Shown: piece by piece, positions 44,467 through 48,473 of the stretch
Layout: each line of letters starts with the position of its first letter
Position numbering within the stretch: position 1 is the stretch's first letter
The notes under the pieces: model-generated
Database searches by the model: none
The model's input: only the letters and a program-made list of their open reading frames with translations
Told to the model about the DNA's origin: nothing
Virus record (IMG/VR): IMGVR_UViG_3300048611_000157
Location: 1 to 48,473 of that record
DNA: 48,473 nt
Strand: one strand, 5' to 3'
From: a virus
Taxonomy: Duplodnaviria; Caudoviricetes
Program-made: the position numbers and the translations under genes

Positions 44467-47400
44467 TGGCTGCCATCCGCTTCCCTGGAACAGTGCTGCT
44501 CAACGGCAACCTGCTCGAGGACGGCAGCAGCGACGGCTGGAACAGGAATGTCGGCAGCGGCGGCGACAGCTTCCTCGCTTTCTACAACGATGCGCAGCGG
44601 ATCTACGTTGCCCCGGCTCGCTACAGCAACGTCCGCAAGGTCGTCTTCGCGTTCACCTTCCAGCACCTGAACACGGCTGGCACGCTGGCGACGACGTTCT
44701 CGTTGCGGATCGGGCCGGCAGCGGCGTCAGTCGGATCCAGGGCGACGGTCGAGACGTTGGAGATCAACCCTTCGGATCGGATCTTCACCTTCGGCACCGG
44801 TGCAGTGGCCTGGTCGAACGCAGGCCCGCAGCAGGAGGGCGGCTGCTACCCGAGGAACGGCACCGAGAACTCGATAGCTCCGCGCCAGGTCGTCCCTTCC
44901 CCCAGGACCACCGACTCCCAGACGCTGATCGTGGAGTTCGAGCGCGACGTCGACATCGACTTCTTCGCAGACTGGGACGCGGCTGCTCTTCAGGGCGAAG
45001 ACTTCTACATGGCCTATGCGGCGTTGGTCGAGCGCAACGATGGCGGGGTGTTCGTCACGGCGACCAACGACGCCGACGCGACGCCGTTCGGGGCCAGCTT
45101 CCAGATGGCAGTCGTGCAGGCTCCTGGCTCGACGAACGACGGCTGCACGCACATCCAGGCGACGAACGGCTTGCACGGTGTCGAGACGTTGAACGCGCCG
45201 TTCCGCACGTCGAAGATCCTGCCGTGGACATTCCGGGCGGCTGACTGGGACGGCCTCAGCTCCGTTCACCTGTTCATCCGCCAGCGGACGAACAACCCAA
45301 TCAATCCCATCGGCCACTTCCGGGTCGAGGTGTATGAGGTCGTCAACGATTCGACCTATCCCGGCACCGTCATCTTCTCCGAGACCTTCTCGCCGAACGC
45401 CGGCACCGACACCCTGGTGGCGCGGACAGCCGACATCCTGCCGTCCCTGGTCGACGGCAGGATCTACACGATCGGCTTCATCGGGTTGAGCGGGGGAACG
45501 CAGAACACGCCGTGGGGCTTCTGGGAGGTGATCCAGAAGGACTTCTCGCGCAAGGTCAGCTACCACTTCGTCGGCGCCGGCAACCCGGCGTTGCCGAACA
45601 CGATCGAGCCCAATCCGCCAACCTCGACATCCGACCCCCGCTACTCGGCGGACCAGTGCGTGTTCGACCCGGCGTGGTTCGAGAACCTGCCGGACACCTT
45701 CATCTTCGACAATCGGTTCCTCGCCGGCCTCGACCATTCGGATCCACACAACACCGATCAGTTTGCGATCCTGAACCCCTCGTTCTCGGCCGACATCCCC
45801 AACTCGGCATCGAACCAGGTCAGCGAGCAGGTCAGCTCGACCCCGGACGCCGACAGCGGTCTCCGGATCCGGGACGCCGTGATCGCGACCATCGACCCCC
45901 TGACGTTGGCCGGGCGGCGGATCATGAAGCTCCGGTTGGGCGGGACCGACTGGAACAGCGGCAGTCCGGACGACACGGTCGGCGGGATCGCCTTCTACTA
46001 CCCGATCTTCGTCCCCGACAACGAGTTCTTCACTCCCGAGCTGGGTCCTCTGTTCGACATCACGGCGTTCGACGCGGAGGGCTGCGCGACGACGGCCGCG
46101 GGGCTGGGCGACAACCCGGGCGTGTTGGTGCTGACCAACGGCCGGACGCTCCCGCAGAAGTTCGACCCGCGGGAGATGGCGATCACCAACGCCGGCATCG
46201 ACACGCCCTACCGCGGCGAGGAGCCGACCGCGCTCACCGCATCCGTCTCACTCTCTCCCGAAGGCGGACTCACGCCGGGCGTCTACACCTACCGCTACAC
46301 CCTGAGGAACTGCTGCACCGGGAAGGAGAGCGACCCGAACCCGGTCGACATCGTGGTGGATGGCAGCGGTGAGAGCCCGGGTCTCGAGGTCACGCTCGAC
46401 TTCTCTGGCGTCACGATTCCGGCGGACATTCAGATCTGCGAGATCTGTGTCTACCGCACGATCCTCGGCGGCGACTTCCCGGTCATGGCGAAGGTCGGGT
46501 GCTTCGACCCGGACGACGGCACGACGTTCGTCGACATCCTGCCCGACACCGAGCTCGACTTCATCAACGATCCGCTGTCGACGTTCAACGCGCCGATGCC
46601 GTGCGTGCCGGTGGTCGTGGAGTTCCGCAACCGGCTCTTCGGGTTGGGCGACATCCCGAACGGGAATCCTCCGGGCACGGTCAGCGTGACCAACGGCAGC
46701 GACGAGCTGCAAGGCGACCAGGCCACGGACTTCGACCGCTGCATTCTCGGCAAGTTCATCCAGATCGAGGGCGACTGCACCGCCTACGAGGTCCTCGAGC
46801 TGCTCGGCCCAGCCGACGCTGGCAACAGCCCGGAATCTGGAGTGCGCCTGCTGCTGGATCGTCCTTACGAAGGGACGACCGACGAAGGCCTGAGCTACAT
46901 CATCTGCGGCCATCCGAACCGGATCTACATCTCGGAGCCTCTCGAGCCGGAGAGCTGGCCGGCGATCAACTTCCTCGACGTCGACCCGGGCGACGGTGAT
47001 CGGCTCACCGGTGCGGTCAGCAACTTCAACCGCCTGGTGGTCTTCAAGCGGCGCAAGACCTACGTGGTGGCGTTCCGCGAGCAGCCGATCACCGAGATCG
47101 TGGTGCCTACTCTCGTCTCGAAGGACATCGGCTGCATCGCTCCGCGCAGCGTTGCGCAGGTTGCCAGCGGCTCAGTGTTCCTGGCCGACCGTGGTCTGGC
47201 GATCTACGACGGCCGCGGCGTCTCGGCGATCAAGGAAAGCTCGGTCATGAACAACCTGTTCGTGGACCCGGACAACCCGAACTACCTGCGGCGCGACGCC
47301 AACGGCAGGGTGCTGGGAGCGGCGGGGGTGTTCTACCCGAAGCGCGAGCAGTATCTCCTCCTGCTGCCGACCGTGAAGACGGACCGCGGCGCATCCATGG

Positions 47401-48260
47401 TGCTGGTATGGGACACCGAGCTTCGAAACGTCACGCTCCTCGAGTTCTGCCAAGAGTTCCTCTCGATCGAGGTCGCGAAGGATGCCGAGGGCAACGAGCG
47501 GGTCTACCTGGGCGACACCAACGGCTTCGTCTGGATCTGGGACGTGGGCGATGTCGACGGCGCTGGGTTCCCCAACGCCACGGGCACCGTCCGCGGCACC
47601 ATCACCGGCGCGGGCGTTGAGCCGACCACCGGCGCGAGCTTCCTCGAGGACAGCGCCGCGAGCTTCTTCGTCGGGGGTGTCCCCGGCATCGCAGACCTTT
47701 CGGGGCTGGCAGGGACGTCCGGGTTGACAGGGCAGTCCAACATGGGACTTGCTGGGGTGTGCGTCTTCTGGCGTGGATCTGACGCACCACTCGGAACGCC
47801 CTGGCAGTCCCGGATCATCTACCTGGCGACGCAGACTCGACTCTACGTCACCCCGAATTGGGCTGGCGACACTCCGAACGTCGGCGACGAATACATGATC
47901 GGCCCGATCCAGTTCACCGCAGAGTTCAAACCTTCGAACTATGGAACCGACGACTTTAGCAAGAGGGATTGGCGGCAGGTTGTCGTGCACGAGCCTGAGA
48001 CGGTGTCGAGCGAGCTGCGGGTCGAGCTGCTGCGTGACTTCCAGAATTCGGATGTCGACGAGGACACTGTCACGAATCCTGAGGGCGAGACCGGGGCTGG
48101 TCGCACGTTCGATCTCGGCTTTGGTCAGGGTCGGCAGATCCGACCAGTGGGACGCCTGGTGCACCAATACATGGGAGTCCGACTGAGCAACTTCGCGCCG
48201 GACGAGCCGGTCCGGATCCTCAATCACCTGTTGATGATGAACCCGAGGACCAGCAAGTGA
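44466..48260 (+). CDS. Tail nozzle / DNA stabilisation protein with long N-terminal extension (1264 aa)
   Basis: FRNRLF, PNRIYISEP..PESWP, LVVFKRR, IGCIAPRSV, VFLADRGL..YDG beta-propeller motifs. Confidence 0.8.
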   Translation: MAAIRFPGTVLLNGNLLEDGSSDGWNRNVGSGGDSFLAFYNDAQRIYVAPARYSNVRKVVFAFTFQHLNTAGTLATTFSLRIGPAAASVGSRATVETLEINPSDRIFTFGTGAVAWSNAGPQQEGGCYPRNGTENSIAPRQVVPSPRTTDSQTLIVEFERDVDIDFFADWDAAALQGEDFYMAYAALVERNDGGVFVTATNDADATPFGASFQMAVVQAPGSTNDGCTHIQATNGLHGVETLNAPFRTSKILPWTFRAADWDGLSSVHLFIRQRTNNPINPIGHFRVEVYEVVNDSTYPGTVIFSETFSPNAGTDTLVARTADILPSLVDGRIYTIGFIGLSGGTQNTPWGFWEVIQKDFSRKVSYHFVGAGNPALPNTIEPNPPTSTSDPRYSADQCVFDPAWFENLPDTFIFDNRFLAGLDHSDPHNTDQFAILNPSFSADIPNSASNQVSEQVSSTPDADSGLRIRDAVIATIDPLTLAGRRIMKLRLGGTDWNSGSPDDTVGGIAFYYPIFVPDNEFFTPELGPLFDITAFDAEGCATTAAGLGDNPGVLVLTNGRTLPQKFDPREMAITNAGIDTPYRGEEPTALTASVSLSPEGGLTPGVYTYRYTLRNCCTGKESDPNPVDIVVDGSGESPGLEVTLDFSGVTIPADIQICEICVYRTILGGDFPVMAKVGCFDPDDGTTFVDILPDTELDFINDPLSTFNAPMPCVPVVVEFRNRLFGLGDIPNGNPPGTVSVTNGSDELQGDQATDFDRCILGKFIQIEGDCTAYEVLELLGPADAGNSPESGVRLLLDRPYEGTTDEGLSYIICGHPNRIYISEPLEPESWPAINFLDVDPGDGDRLTGAVSNFNRLVVFKRRKTYVVAFREQPITEIVVPTLVSKDIGCIAPRSVAQVASGSVFLADRGLAIYDGRGVSAIKESSVMNNLFVDPDNPNYLRRDANGRVLGAAGVFYPKREQYLLLLPTVKTDRGASMVLVWDTELRNVTLLEFCQEFLSIEVAKDAEGNERVYLGDTNGFVWIWDVGDVDGAGFPNATGTVRGTITGAGVEPTTGASFLEDSAASFFVGGVPGIADLSGLAGTSGLTGQSNMGLAGVCVFWRGSDAPLGTPWQSRIIYLATQTRLYVTPNWAGDTPNVGDEYMIGPIQFTAEFKPSNYGTDDFSKRDWRQVVVHEPETVSSELRVELLRDFQNSDVDEDTVTNPEGETGAGRTFDLGFGQGRQIRPVGRLVHQYMGVRLSNFAPDEPVRILNHLLMMNPRTSK

Positions 48261-48473
48261 GCGGCTTCGAGATCTGCAACTTCGAGGAGTTCGTCGCGGA
48301 CGTGACGCCGCAGTCGGGCAGCCTCGAGGAGGCGGCGTCGACCCAAGAGATCCTGATCCAGCAGATCGAGGGCTACCTTGCCCGGATGAAGGCGGCGCTG
48401 TGCGCGGACGTGGAGGCACTGCGGGCGCTGATCGACGAGAACAGCTTCCTGGAGCTGACCGACACGCCAGCAT
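48257..48473 (+). CDS. Tail fibre gene, 5' part (MSGFEICNFEEF...; continues at window start)
   Basis: GTGA overlap with nozzle stop; open to the window end and in frame with 44-550. Confidence 0.75.
   Translation, partial: MSGFEICNFEEFVADVTPQSGSLEEAASTQEILIQQIEGYLARMKAALCADVEALRALIDENSFLELTDTPA
48343..48468 (+). repeat. Terminal direct repeat, copy 2
   Basis: Identical to 1-126; last 5 nt of the window (agcat) differ from 127-131 (ggcga). Confidence 0.97.

Larger units (their letters stand above)
1..48473. mobile_element. Near-complete circularly closing tailed phage genome (podovirus-like gene set), ~48,342 bp
   Basis: Terminal 126-bp direct repeat; terminase, portal, scaffold, capsid, adaptor, nozzle and ejection genes; no tape-measure/tail-tube genes; no host housekeeping genes. 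Confidence 0.93.

Noticed and set aside
1-48473. High frequency of CTCGAG, TCGA and GATC
   Set aside because: Explained by codon preference (CTC-GAG, ATC, GTC-GAN); no DNA methyltransferase seen

Overview
The window is an essentially complete, GC-rich, podovirus-like bacteriophage genome of about 48.34 kb. Positions 1-126 recur exactly at 48343-48468, so the contig closes into a circle inside a tail-fibre gene. There are two divergent arms. The leftward early/replication arm (22304 to 9346) encodes a DUF669-like protein, RadC/JAB, SNF2 helicase, ASCH, an SSB-like protein, a Toprim-primase/MCM-like helicase fusion and a RecU-like resolvase. The rightward arm (23107 to 48342, continuing 1-9349) encodes an Acb2/Tad1-like protein, candidate TerS, an RNAP alpha-CTD-like protein, about 8 glycosyl-/methyltransferase-like genes interleaved with TerL, portal, scaffold, major capsid, adaptor, an apparently split nozzle, tail fibre, and three ejection proteins including a 2147-aa zincin/LPD38 polyvalent protein. 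Between the arms lies a structured non-coding region with a strong sigma70 promoter, repeated motifs and a nested hairpin. I could not recognise a DNA polymerase, integrase, repressor, endolysin, tRNA, CRISPR array or reverse transcriptase. All product calls come from motif recognition by eye; no database search was run.
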